DNA of 64,000 nucleotides from assembly GCA_044376115.1 (NCBI GenBank), contig JBILLK010000012.1, positions 96,001-160,000 of the forward strand, written 5' to 3'. A program made the position numbers and the translations under genes. Origin of the DNA: Polyangiaceae bacterium. GTDB lineage: Bacteria; Myxococcota_A; Polyangia; Polyangiales; Polyangiaceae. The notes under the pieces were generated by a model. That model was not told the DNA's origin. It made no database searches and saw only the letters and a list, made by a program, of their open reading frames with translations. Below, piece by piece: positions 40,108 to 49,416 of this stretch; positions within the stretch are counted from its first letter, which is position 1; every line of letters begins with the position of its first letter.

Positions 40108-40802
40108 TGTGGGATCCCGAACGTGAGCGGTGCGCGCATCGTCACCGGTGCCTTGGTAACGAAGACGTAGGGCGGTCCGCCGCCGCGACTCGTCAGTTCA
40201 ATCTCGATGCGGACCTGCAAGGGAAGCCGCTCGAACTGACCTGTGGGCTGCGTGGAATCCCAGGTATCCACCCACTCACCGAGCACCGGATCGAGGTACG
40301 AAAGCTCGAATCGCGTAACGCCCTCCGCCATCACTTGGACCGTGCCCCCAGACTCTGGGCTCATGTCGATCACGGTCGACTCGCGGCGCGCGATGACGTT
40401 CTCACCCGTCTCTGGGTTGTTGGTCACGAAGTAGGAGAGCTCGTTCTGGTCGCTCTCACGGGCCGAGAAACCAAGCCTTCGGTGCGAGAACGACGTAAAG
40501 TCGAGCCGGTCGAACTTACCGCCGTCAGTGCCCTTGAACAGCGTTTGGCTGACCTGGAGGCCTGGATTCGCGAGCGGACGGTGGAGCGAGAGAAACGCCG
40601 CTTGCACCTCGCGTGTGATGCGAGCCAGCGCCGACCGCCCTTGATGAAAGCGTTCCCCCGATTCATCCACGCTCTTCTTGGTGCGACTCATCGCGTCGAA
40701 CGCGCCATAGGTGATGCTCGCCACCAACGTCATGATGCCGATCGCCACCATGATCTCGATCAGGGTCACACCCCGCCGACGGCGTCGCACCGAGCGCCTC
40801 AA
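40104..40802 (-). CDS. gspJ: Minor pseudopilin GspJ
   Basis: RRRRRG|VTLIEIMVAI prepilin motif, WVDTWDS, LPLQVRIEI; TTG start overlapping the gspI stop. Confidence 0.85.
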   Translation of the reverse strand: MRRSVRRRRRGVTLIEIMVAIGIMTLVASITYGAFDAMSRTKKSVDESGERFHQGRSALARITREVQAAFLSLHRPLANPGLQVSQTLFKGTDGGKFDRLDFTSFSHRRLGFSARESDQNELSYFVTNNPETGENVIARRESTVIDMSPESGGTVQVMAEGVTRFELSYLDPVLGEWVDTWDSTQPTGQFERLPLQVRIEIELTSRGGGPPYVFVTKAPVTMRAPLTFGIPQ

Positions 40803-41572
40803 GGTTTTTCCTTCTTCGGGTCTTTGGTGGTCTTCGGGTCCTCTTCCTCTTCCTCTTCTTCCGTCAGACCGCTCAAGTTGGCGTAGACACCTGCCTCTTT
40901 GGAATTGGTTACCCACTCCTCGAGTTCGATCGAATACTCCTTCTTTCCCTCGTACCAGCTCACGCGAACATTTACTCGGCGCGTGCCTGCCTCGAAGATC
41001 GCCTTGAGGTCGGGGTAGACGATCTGCATCACCAAGGCGGCAATTCCATCCATCATGCCGTCTCCGCCCCCGAGGAAGGAATCAGCGACGTCGGAAACGT
41101 CTCCTGATTGTTGGGCGAAGGTCGAGTTACCGGCCTTGAGAAAGCTCATCGCCGCGCCGCCAGGAGCAGACGCGTTGCCTGGACCACCGAGCCCTGGGAC
41201 GAGCGATGGCCCACTGCCAAAGTCGAGCTCGGAATCGAGATCGAGCTGACCGAACTGGGCCGGCGGAAACTCCGGCTTGGTCACACTCCAGCGACACACC
41301 ATGCCGGGCTTTTCGATCGCATCACAACAGGGGCCGCTGTCCTCGACGTCGGTGATTTGGTAGCCGTTTTGCTCCAGATCCCACTCCAGCTCACTCATCT
41401 TGCAGCGCACGAGACCGATGGCCTCACTCTCATTGCGCGCATGTTTGATGCTGGCGAAGCTCACCCACTGTGCGGAAAAGATCGCCGTCACGCCCACGCC
41501 AAGGATGGCGACCGCGACGAGCACTTCGAGCAGGGTGAACGCTCGCCGACGTGTCCTAGTTCGCCGATTCAT
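40799..41572 (-). CDS. gspI: Minor pseudopilin GspI
   Basis: RRRA|FTLLEVLVAVAIL, RRVNVRVSW; position between gspH and gspJ. Confidence 0.82.
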   Translation of the reverse strand: MNRRTRTRRRAFTLLEVLVAVAILGVGVTAIFSAQWVSFASIKHARNESEAIGLVRCKMSELEWDLEQNGYQITDVEDSGPCCDAIEKPGMVCRWSVTKPEFPPAQFGQLDLDSELDFGSGPSLVPGLGGPGNASAPGGAAMSFLKAGNSTFAQQSGDVSDVADSFLGGGDGMMDGIAALVMQIVYPDLKAIFEAGTRRVNVRVSWYEGKKEYSIELEEWVTNSKEAGVYANLSGLTEEEEEEEDPKTTKDPKKEKP

Positions 41573-42339
41573 CCTGGGTCCCCAAGCTCGGATGCTTCTG
41601 CAGCCGTAAGAGGGTTGGGAGGATCCAAACGCCCGCGCTTGATCGTGGCCTTGCCCGTCAAAGGCGAAATCAGCACGGTCATGAAGCCGTGTGTATCGTC
41701 CTCCGAGGCGTTGCTCATACGCAGTTGGATGGCGGCATGCTGCGTCTGCCCACCCGGAAAGAAATACAAGTAGGCGTTCCCCTCACGAATAGGCTCGGGC
41801 TGGTGGGCCGCTTGAACCTGCCAAAACTGAATCGTGCTCGGCAGCTCCACACCTTCTTCAGGAAAGCCAACTGTCTCAGCAGCACGGAACGTCGCCTTTG
41901 GCGCTCGCAACGTTGAGGCAGCTGCGTTCTCGGCAGCTTGCGCCTCGATGTCGTTGGCGGCCTCCGCGCCGCCGTTGCGGTCGTTCGACAGCAAGTGTCG
42001 GCCCTCTGCTTCTTCGAGATAGATCTTGCTCTCGGTGAAATCGAAGTTCAGGCGAACAACCTTAGAGACGGCGGTTGCGTGGGCATACGCAACTCGGGTG
42101 GAGCCGGCGACCTGGGTGGCGGCCTGCTTCAAGCGTGCAGAGCCGACTGCCCCAAGGCTGATCACGGCGATCCCAGCGATCGCAGCGATGATCACGAGTA
42201 CGATGATGATCTCCACCAGCGTGACGCCACGGCGCAAACGAACAGCGCAGACAAGCGCTCCCCTCAAAGCCCTCGATTGGGGCTGCGAGACCCGACGTAC
42301 CGGCCAGGTACTCGAGACGGCGGGAAGCGCTCCTTGCAT
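41569..42339 (-). CDS. gspH: Minor pseudopilin GspH
   Basis: RRG|VTLVEIIIVLVII, LKQAA..VAG, YLYFFPGG, ISPLTG. Confidence 0.82.
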   Translation of the reverse strand: MQGALPAVSSTWPVRRVSQPQSRALRGALVCAVRLRRGVTLVEIIIVLVIIAAIAGIAVISLGAVGSARLKQAATQVAGSTRVAYAHATAVSKVVRLNFDFTESKIYLEEAEGRHLLSNDRNGGAEAANDIEAQAAENAAASTLRAPKATFRAAETVGFPEEGVELPSTIQFWQVQAAHQPEPIREGNAYLYFFPGGQTQHAAIQLRMSNASEDDTHGFMTVLISPLTGKATIKRGRLDPPNPLTAAEASELGDPG

Positions 42340-42342
42340 GAG

Positions 42343-42819
42343 TTACAGGTTCGCGATTCGCTTGATGTCTGCAGGCTTCGAGTCATCCCGAACGTCGTCG
42401 GGCGTGTTCTCTTTGCCGTCTTTACCGTTTGAGTAGACGCGGAGATCGCCGTCCTCACTGTCACATACGATGCGATACTGATGCCCCCACGGATCGTCGG
42501 TCTTCTTGCCGTCGAGCTTCTTCGACTCGACGAGATCCTTCACCGTCGGACAGACGGCCGTGTCGCCGTCGGTGTTGAGGTAGAGCTCAGCCGCCTGGCG
42601 CACGACGTCAGCGCCGATCTGAGCCGACTGAATTCTCGCCTTCAAGAACTGCGGGAAGATGAGCAGCGTCGCTCCGCCCGCAATCACGGCCATGATCGCA
42701 ACGACGATCAAGACCTCGACCAGCGTAACGCCTCTTCGAACCTTGCGGGCACGCACGCGAGCGCCGAGTCGTAACCCCGTCTCAACCAAGTCATCTCCCA
42801 ATCGATCCGTGCGCACCAT
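42343..42819 (-). CDS. gspG: Major pseudopilin GspG
   Basis: AGGAGAGGAG RBS before the ATG at 42819; RRG|VTLVEVLIVVAI; DPWGHQY; SNGKDGKENTPDD. Confidence 0.88.
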   Translation of the reverse strand: MVRTDRLGDDLVETGLRLGARVRARKVRRGVTLVEVLIVVAIMAVIAGGATLLIFPQFLKARIQSAQIGADVVRQAAELYLNTDGDTAVCPTVKDLVESKKLDGKKTDDPWGHQYRIVCDSEDGDLRVYSNGKDGKENTPDDVRDDSKPADIKRIANL

Positions 42820-42860
42820 GAAAGGCTCCTCTCCTTGTCCTATCTCAAACCATTGCCGAG

Positions 42861-43274
42861 TCATTCAATTCGGTCCAATCCGCCAAAAGCACCATCAGGA
42901 CCGTCGCTCATCAAATCGTAGCTCTCGGGATGACTGAAGCCCGGGCACAACAGGCGCAACGGCTGACGCCACGCATCCACCGGCTCAAACTCGATGTACC
43001 CCTCGGTCTTCAGATCGGCGACCGCAGCGGGGCAGCGACCTTCATGGTCCGCGCGGTACTTATCGACGGCCTTCGCTACGACGGAGATGGTCGCGCGCGT
43101 CAGCCGCACGCCAACAGCGCGCCGTTCGCGCAGCCCGAGTAGCGCCAACAAGCCAATGAACGCGACCGCGATTACGATCGGCCGGGTCCGCGAGATACCC
43201 AACCTGCGCCACAGCGAGGCTGGCCGCTCCCAAGGGAAAAAGATCGTCTTTTCACGCTCGCGTCTTCGCATCAT
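42861..43274 (-). CDS. GspG-like protein lacking the prepilin cleavage motif
   Basis: T2SSG-like AVDKYRADHEGRCP, DAWRQP and SDGPDG motifs; has a TM but no G|FTLxE. Confidence 0.72.
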   Translation of the reverse strand: MMRRREREKTIFFPWERPASLWRRLGISRTRPIVIAVAFIGLLALLGLRERRAVGVRLTRATISVVAKAVDKYRADHEGRCPAAVADLKTEGYIEFEPVDAWRQPLRLLCPGFSHPESYDLMSDGPDGAFGGLDRIE

Positions 43275-44500
43275 CAACCTGCGAAGTTGCTCATCTGGAT
43301 GAGCGGCATGAGGATCGAGAAGGCGATGAACGCGACGGCTCCACCCATGATCACGATCATGAGCGGCTCGAGCAGGCTGGTCAAAACCTGAACCCGCGTC
43401 TCCACTGCAGAATCATAGGAGACGGCTACGTTTTCGAGCATCTCCTCGAGTTGACCGCTCTTCTCACCAATCGCGATCATGTGCGTAACGATCGGTGGAA
43501 AGCGCTTGCTGCGCTTGAGCGGCTCCGAAATGCTCTGGCCTTCACGAATGCTGGCGGTGGCCTCTTCAACCACCTTCTCGAGTACGGCGTTGCCAAGGAC
43601 GTTGCGCACGATGTCCATGGCAGCGAGCAAATCCACACCCGCCGCGAGCAGCGTCGAGAGGGTGCGCGTGAAGCGGCCGATGCTCAGCATGGAGATCAAC
43701 GAACCGAAGACCGGGATCTTCAGCGTGAACGCGTCCCAAGCAAGACGCCCGACCGGCGTGCGCTTCCAGGTGGTAAAGCCCCACCAACTGAGGCCGATCA
43801 GGATCAGCAGCAACCACCAATAACTGCCGAGAAATCCGCTCGTGAAGATCAGTAGCTCGGTGTACCAAGGCAACGCTTGATCCATCGATTGGAAGGTGGT
43901 GATCAGGTTGGGCACCACGGCGATCATCAAGACCGAGATCAGCAGCGTACCGATGATCGCCATCAGCACTGGGTAGGCCAGGGCCGCGGTTACCTTGCCC
44001 TTGAGCTTGGCCTGGTTCTCCATGAACACGGTCAAACGTTCGAGCACCGACTCAAGCGTGCCGGACGCCTCGCCCGCGCGGACCATGTTGACGTAGAGCG
44101 GCGCGAAAATGTCGGGATGCGATTGCAACGCCTTCGCGAAGGTAGAGCCCTCCTTGACCTGCTCGCGAATGTTGGTCAGCGCACGCTGCAGCGCTACTTG
44201 CTCCACCTGATCGATGAGCGCATTGAGCGACTCGAAGAGCGGGATGCCAGCACGCAGCAGCGTAGTCAGCTGACGCGTCATGATGGCGATATCGCCAGCG
44301 CCTGGTCGACCGAGGAAGGACAAGAACTTGATGTCCTTCTTGGCCTTCTCCTTCGCTTGCTTCTCTTCGGTGGCGCTCGTGAGAAGCACACCGTCTTTGC
44401 GCAACGCGGCACGCAACGCCTTCGCGTTCTCGGCATCACGCACGCCCTTAGTGGGCTTGCCTGTGCCGACTAGAATGCCGCGGTACTCAAAAACAGCCAA
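43274..44500 (-). CDS. gspF: Type II secretion inner-membrane protein GspF
   Basis: TRQLTTLLRAGIPL, MVRAGEASGTL, AALAYP, MIAIGEKSGQL, LLEPLMI. Confidence 0.96.
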   Translation of the reverse strand: MAVFEYRGILVGTGKPTKGVRDAENAKALRAALRKDGVLLTSATEEKQAKEKAKKDIKFLSFLGRPGAGDIAIMTRQLTTLLRAGIPLFESLNALIDQVEQVALQRALTNIREQVKEGSTFAKALQSHPDIFAPLYVNMVRAGEASGTLESVLERLTVFMENQAKLKGKVTAALAYPVLMAIIGTLLISVLMIAVVPNLITTFQSMDQALPWYTELLIFTSGFLGSYWWLLLILIGLSWWGFTTWKRTPVGRLAWDAFTLKIPVFGSLISMLSIGRFTRTLSTLLAAGVDLLAAMDIVRNVLGNAVLEKVVEEATASIREGQSISEPLKRSKRFPPIVTHMIAIGEKSGQLEEMLENVAVSYDSAVETRVQVLTSLLEPLMIVIMGGAVAFIAFSILMPLIQMSNFAG

Positions 44501-44518
44501 AACTCTGCTCCTTCTGAA

Positions 44519-46306
44519 CTACTCGTCGACCAACACGTCTTCTTGCGTCGCGGCGAGCACCTCTTCAACGGTGGTGAGCCCACGCAGAACCTTGCGCGCG
44601 CCATCATCGCGCAGCGTGTCCATGCCTGCTCGGATGGCCTCGCGCTTTACGCTCATGGCATCGGCGTTGCGGAGAATCAGCGGGCCGACGGCGTCATCGA
44701 CCAGCATCAATTCGTAGATACCTCGTCGCCCAAGGTACCCCTTCTGCCCGCAAGCCTCGCAACCTCCCGGTTTGTAGAACACCGGATCGGGCCCCATGTT
44801 TTGCCCGATGAACTCGTAGTTGAGCTCATTGACGTTGTAGCGGCCCTTGAGCACTCGCTTCGCCTTCTGTTCGAGGCGAGCGGGATCGAGGCCGAGCTGG
44901 AACAGCTCGTAGTCGCCAGGCTCATAAGGCACGCGGCAGTGAGGGCAGAGCATCCGAACGAGCCGTTGCGCGAGCACGCCGATGACGCTGGACCGAACCA
45001 AGAACGGCTCGATCTCCATTTCAACGAGTCGGGTCACCGCACCAGGAGCGTCGTTCGTGTGCAGCGTGGAGAGCACGAGGTGGCCGGTAAGCGAAGCGTG
45101 GATCGCTATGTCGGCCGTCTCTTTGTCACGAATTTCACCGACCATGACGACGTCCGGATCTTGTCGGAGAAAGGCGCGCAAGGCGCTCGCAAAGGTCAGA
45201 CCGATCGACGGTTGAACGTGCACTTGGTGCAGCCCGCCGATCTCGTACTCGACGGGATCCTCCGCGGTGAGGATGTTCACGTTGGGTTGGTTGATGCGAT
45301 TGAGACACGCGTACAACGTCGTTGTCTTGCCGCTACCGGTCGGGCCGGTCACCAGAATGATGCCGTCAGGACGGTGGACCAGCTCGTCCATGATGCGGAA
45401 CTCGCGGTTTGCGAAGCCGAGGTCCTCGAGGCTCAGCAAGACGCTCGTCTTCTGCAGAATACGCATCACGATGCGTTCGAAGCCGCGGCTGGTTGGCACC
45501 GTGGAAACGCGGATATCGACGCTCTTACCCGCGATCTTCAGCGGGATGCGACCGTCTTGGGGCAACCGCTTCTCGGCGATGTTGAGCGACGCCATGATCT
45601 TCACGCGGCTCACGATCGGCGCCATGAACTGCTTCGAGGCGCGGCGCACGATGTAGAGCTCGCCGTCGACGCGGAACCGCACAACCACGTCCCGCTCTTC
45701 GGGCTCGATATGAATGTCGCTGGCTCGCTCGCGCACGGCTTGAGCGAACAGGCCGTTGACCCAAGCGATGATGGGCGCTTCATCGTCGGAGTCGAGGATG
45801 TCGACGATTTGATCCTCTTCGTTGGCTTGATCGCCCTCGAGGTTGCCGCCGGTCTCTTTGCGTTCCCACACGCGGTTGATGGCGTCGAGCACGGTCTCAC
45901 TAGTGGCCACCGCAAGCTCGATCCTCTTGCCGAACAGCGCTCGAACGTCATCGATCGCCGTCACATCGAGCGGATCCGCCGTGACGCAGTACACAACGTC
46001 CGCATGCTCGGCGAGCGGGAAAATTCGGTGCTGCTTGGCGTAGGTGATGGGCACCTTTGAAGCGACGGTATCGGGGATCGCGTCGACGTCGATCTTCTGC
46101 ATGAAGCCGAGCCCGCACTCGTTTGCCAACGCTTGAGCAATCGCGCGCTCGTCAGCCAGCTTGCCGATCACGAGAATGTCGACGAGGCCTTGGCCCTTCT
46201 CGCGAACCGTCTGCACGAGCGGAGGAATCCGATCCGCCGTCAACACTCCATGACGAACCAGGATCTCTCCCAGATATTCGCTGTGCGCTTGGAGAGCTGT
46301 TGCCAC
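44519..46306 (-). CDS. gspE: Type II secretion ATPase GspE
   Basis: ASDIHIEP, EKRLPQDGR, GPTGSGKTTT, LRQDPDVVMVGEIRD, TGHLVLSTLHTN, CPHC...CEAC. Confidence 0.97.
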   Translation of the reverse strand: MATALQAHSEYLGEILVRHGVLTADRIPPLVQTVREKGQGLVDILVIGKLADERAIAQALANECGLGFMQKIDVDAIPDTVASKVPITYAKQHRIFPLAEHADVVYCVTADPLDVTAIDDVRALFGKRIELAVATSETVLDAINRVWERKETGGNLEGDQANEEDQIVDILDSDDEAPIIAWVNGLFAQAVRERASDIHIEPEERDVVVRFRVDGELYIVRRASKQFMAPIVSRVKIMASLNIAEKRLPQDGRIPLKIAGKSVDIRVSTVPTSRGFERIVMRILQKTSVLLSLEDLGFANREFRIMDELVHRPDGIILVTGPTGSGKTTTLYACLNRINQPNVNILTAEDPVEYEIGGLHQVHVQPSIGLTFASALRAFLRQDPDVVMVGEIRDKETADIAIHASLTGHLVLSTLHTNDAPGAVTRLVEMEIEPFLVRSSVIGVLAQRLVRMLCPHCRVPYEPGDYELFQLGLDPARLEQKAKRVLKGRYNVNELNYEFIGQNMGPDPVFYKPGGCEACGQKGYLGRRGIYELMLVDDAVGPLILRNADAMSVKREAIRAGMDTLRDDGARKVLRGLTTVEEVLAATQEDVLVDE

Positions 46307-46309
46307 GTC

Positions 46310-48916
46310 CTACTCCACGCGGTCCCCGCCGCTCGGAGGCGTCGGCGTTTGTACCTTGGGGATGCTCGTTGAGGGCTTTAGCTTGCCTCGCGAAGGCTCC
46401 TTGGAGGTCGAAGAAGCTGCAGGCCTCGAGCTCGAATCCGAACCGACCGAGGTCGAGCCAGACTTCGGCGCTGTACCGATCGAAGGCAGCGAGATCGGCT
46501 CGACCGGCTCGTGGGTACGCGGCCCACGCGGCCGAGCCTCATTCTCCAGCCGCTCCTTGTCCTTGAGGTCCAACATGGTTTGGCGGATGGTCTCGACCAG
46601 GCCGTTGGCGCGCGAGAAGTCCTTGGGCGGCTCCCAAGCTTGGTCCTCGTTGAACACGAAGTAGCGGTCGAGGAACTCTTGGCGCTCTTGCATCTTGCGC
46701 TCGAAAATGGCCCTCAGATCCGATTGGTCGCGGACGACGTAAGGCGTCAGGATCAGCAGCAGGTTCGTCTTCGCCATCGTCTTCTTCTGTTGACGAAAGA
46801 GCGCCCCCAGGATGGGGATGTCGCCGAGAATCGGAATCTTGGTTTCGCTCGTCGTCTCCTGATCACGCATGAGCCCGCCGATCACCACGGTCTGCTGATC
46901 CCTAACGATCAGCGTGGTATCGGCGCGACGCTGGTTGATGGTGACGGCGCCGAGCGTGCCTTGTGGGGAAGAACCAACCTCGCTGATCTCTTCCTTGATC
47001 TCGAGCCGAACCTGGTCCGAATCGTTCACGTGCGGCTTGATCGAGAGCTTGATACCAACGTCTTTGTAGGGAGCAGAGAATCCGCCTAGGCCGCCGCCGA
47101 GACCGCCGAGCGCCCCAGCGAGACCGCCTGCAGCTCCAGCTGCACCACCGGCGGCAGAGAGCAAGCCACCCAACCCGCCAGCGTTGGTTTGCAGCGGTAC
47201 GCTCTGACCCACATCGATGCTGGCTTCCACGTTGTCGGTCGCGATGATGTGCGGCGTTGCCAGCACGTTGGAGTTACCGTCATTCCCGAGGGCATGAAGC
47301 ACGACACCAAGGGCCGGTATCGACAGGCCCGTCCCGAGGATGTTTTCAGTCGCCTCGAGCTCGGGCCCTCGAATACCAAGGGCCAGCGCGCCGAGCTCCG
47401 CCGGTAAGCCGGTGACGCTTTGCCCGATGTTGTTACCACCGTAGACGGCGCCGCCGCTTTCACCGGCCACATCGAACGGTGCTCCGCCGTGATAGGCGAT
47501 GCCGAGATCGAGTGTGTTGTTGACGTTGAGGTCCATGATCACAGCTTCGATGAAGACCTGCCGTCGGGGCTGATCGAGCTGGTCGATCACGGCCCGCAGG
47601 TGGGCGTAGTCGCGCATCGATGAGGTCGTGAGCAAGGTGTTGGTGGCCTCGTCGCAGCTCACCTTGACCGCTCCTTCGAAGATGTCTTCCCCGCCCCCTC
47701 CACCGGATGCGGTGGCCGCGGGTGCCGCCGCGCGGCCAGTGCCAGCTGCACGTGCACCGCCCGCTGCAGGCCGCGCGCCACCGCCGCCCGTACCCAGCAC
47801 GCTTCCGAGCGTTCCGGACAGCTCGGAACATTGAGCATGCTGGAGGGGCAGGACGTGGATCTGGTTGTCGCCCTCGACGATCGGAGCGTCAGCCACACGC
47901 TTGATCAGCTCCAGAATCTTGTCGTAGTCGTTCTTGGTGGCGGTGATGATGAGGGAGTTGGTTCGTTCGTCGGGAATGACGACCGAGTTCTCCCCTTTCG
48001 AGCCTTTTCCGAGGATCTCGTTGAGCTTGGCCGCAGCGTCGGTCGCCGATGAATTGAAGACGGGCTGCACCCAGATTTGGTCCCCTGCAGAACCCACATC
48101 GAGTTCCTCAACGATGCGCAACATCCGGCGAATGTTCGACCCGGTGTCGGTGATGATGAGAAGGTTGCCCGGCCCGTAGGTGGTGATGTTTGCGTCATTG
48201 GACTTGAAGTTGTTGCCAAGGAGCTGTGCGACCTCGGCGGCGTCGATGTTGTTGACGCGATAGAGCCGGGTCACGAAGCGGTCTTCCGCGGGCACCGGCG
48301 AGGCCGTTCCGTAGATTGGAGTAGGCTGGCGCGACGCATTCTGTGACTCGACGATCTCGAGGTAGGCGCCGTGAGGAACGACCGTCATACCGTTCGAATT
48401 GAGGATCGAGAGGAAGGCCGCATACGCCTCCGCTGCACTCACGGTTTCCGGCGAATAAACCGTGACCTTGATCTGGTGCAGCTTGCTGCCGTAGATGAAT
48501 CTGCGCCCGGTGATCTCACTGACCGCCTTCACCAAGGTGGGGAGATCCGTGTCCTCGAGGCTGAACTTGACCTTGGTGTTACCTGGCAAAGGCCGGTGCT
48601 CGATGTCCGAGGGTGCGGCGAGCGCCGAAACAGGATCTTTCTTGGTTGCACCAGCTGGAGCGCCGGCACGCGGAGTGGCGCCCGGGTCTGGCTTGGCGTC
48701 CGGGTCTGCTTTTGCGTCGGGATCTGCGGGAGCCGAGGGAGCTGGCTTGGCTACGGGAGCACGAGTCGGCGTCTTGAGAACCGGCTTGCCGCGGGGGGTG
48801 AGCTGCGCCTCCGCCGGCAACGCAAAAACCAAACTCGCTGATGCAACCGCAGTGATCGCGAGAACCCTGGCGGCGCCGGCCGCAAGAGTTGAGGCAGAAA
48901 ATAGACGCCGGCTCAT
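46310..48916 (-). CDS. gspD: Type II secretion secretin GspD
   Basis: N0-N3 domains, LDQPRRQVFIEAVI, NVLATPHI, VVIGGLM, KIPILGDIPILGALF, KTNLLLILTP. Confidence 0.96.
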   Translation of the reverse strand: MSRRLFSASTLAAGAARVLAITAVASASLVFALPAEAQLTPRGKPVLKTPTRAPVAKPAPSAPADPDAKADPDAKPDPGATPRAGAPAGATKKDPVSALAAPSDIEHRPLPGNTKVKFSLEDTDLPTLVKAVSEITGRRFIYGSKLHQIKVTVYSPETVSAAEAYAAFLSILNSNGMTVVPHGAYLEIVESQNASRQPTPIYGTASPVPAEDRFVTRLYRVNNIDAAEVAQLLGNNFKSNDANITTYGPGNLLIITDTGSNIRRMLRIVEELDVGSAGDQIWVQPVFNSSATDAAAKLNEILGKGSKGENSVVIPDERTNSLIITATKNDYDKILELIKRVADAPIVEGDNQIHVLPLQHAQCSELSGTLGSVLGTGGGGARPAAGGARAAGTGRAAAPAATASGGGGGEDIFEGAVKVSCDEATNTLLTTSSMRDYAHLRAVIDQLDQPRRQVFIEAVIMDLNVNNTLDLGIAYHGGAPFDVAGESGGAVYGGNNIGQSVTGLPAELGALALGIRGPELEATENILGTGLSIPALGVVLHALGNDGNSNVLATPHIIATDNVEASIDVGQSVPLQTNAGGLGGLLSAAGGAAGAAGGLAGALGGLGGGLGGFSAPYKDVGIKLSIKPHVNDSDQVRLEIKEEISEVGSSPQGTLGAVTINQRRADTTLIVRDQQTVVIGGLMRDQETTSETKIPILGDIPILGALFRQQKKTMAKTNLLLILTPYVVRDQSDLRAIFERKMQERQEFLDRYFVFNEDQAWEPPKDFSRANGLVETIRQTMLDLKDKERLENEARPRGPRTHEPVEPISLPSIGTAPKSGSTSVGSDSSSRPAASSTSKEPSRGKLKPSTSIPKVQTPTPPSGGDRVE

Positions 48917-49230
48917 TCCAAACTCTCTCCCTTGGATCGGGCTTCCTTGGCAGGCCGACTAGCGGCCGTCCTGGACTTACCTGCAGTTGTCCTCGTAGCC
49001 GAACGAGCTGCGACCGGCGAGGGGGATGCGACCCCCTCAGCGACTTCTTCCGGGTCGGCAGAGCTGTTTTGTCTTTCCTGCGGAAAAACGGACTTCGTTG
49101 CGGAGACTGCCAAGAAGGCGAGCCCCGAGACCACAAACGAGAACGCCAGCAGCAGGGAGGTGGCCACCAGCACGATCCGCGTAGCTAGCGGAGCCCGCTC
49201 GAACCGTTCGACTTTGGAAAGTTTCGTCAC
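48913..49230 (-). CDS. Small single-TM protein, first gene of the gsp operon
   Basis: TM IVLVATSLLLAFSFVVSGLAFLAV with a low-complexity tail; the stop overlaps the gspD start (ATGA). Start placed at GTG 49230, just below the sigma-54 promoter. Confidence 0.6.
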   Translation of the reverse strand: MTKLSKVERFERAPLATRIVLVATSLLLAFSFVVSGLAFLAVSATKSVFPQERQNSSADPEEVAEGVASPSPVAARSATRTTAGKSRTAASRPAKEARSKGESLE

Positions 49231-49242
49231 GGCGACTGATAC

Positions 49243-49258
49243 AGCAGGCGGCGTGCCA
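49243..49258 (-). promoter_or_regulatory. Sigma-54 (-24/-12) promoter of the gsp operon
   Basis: The minus strand reads TGGCACG-CCGC-CTGCT against the consensus TGGCACG-N4-TTGCW, with correct GG-N10-GC spacing. Confidence 0.72.
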
Positions 49259-49416
49259 CCCAAGGCTCGTCGGGGAACGCCCCCAAATTGGCCCTTTTCC
49301 TTGATTTTCGCCGTCCTCACGCAGCCGACACGACATCCTGTCAATCGAGCAAACCGCGCTCGCCACGCTTTGGGACAGAATGGCAGCGCGGCTCGCGGAA
49401 ATGCTTTTCGCGCGAA

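Noticed and set aside
44543..46060. 505-aa plus-strand ORF and similar long antisense ORFs (e.g. 28408..29205, 35563..36480)
   Set aside because: Shadow ORFs opposite conserved genes, typical of high-GC codon bias.
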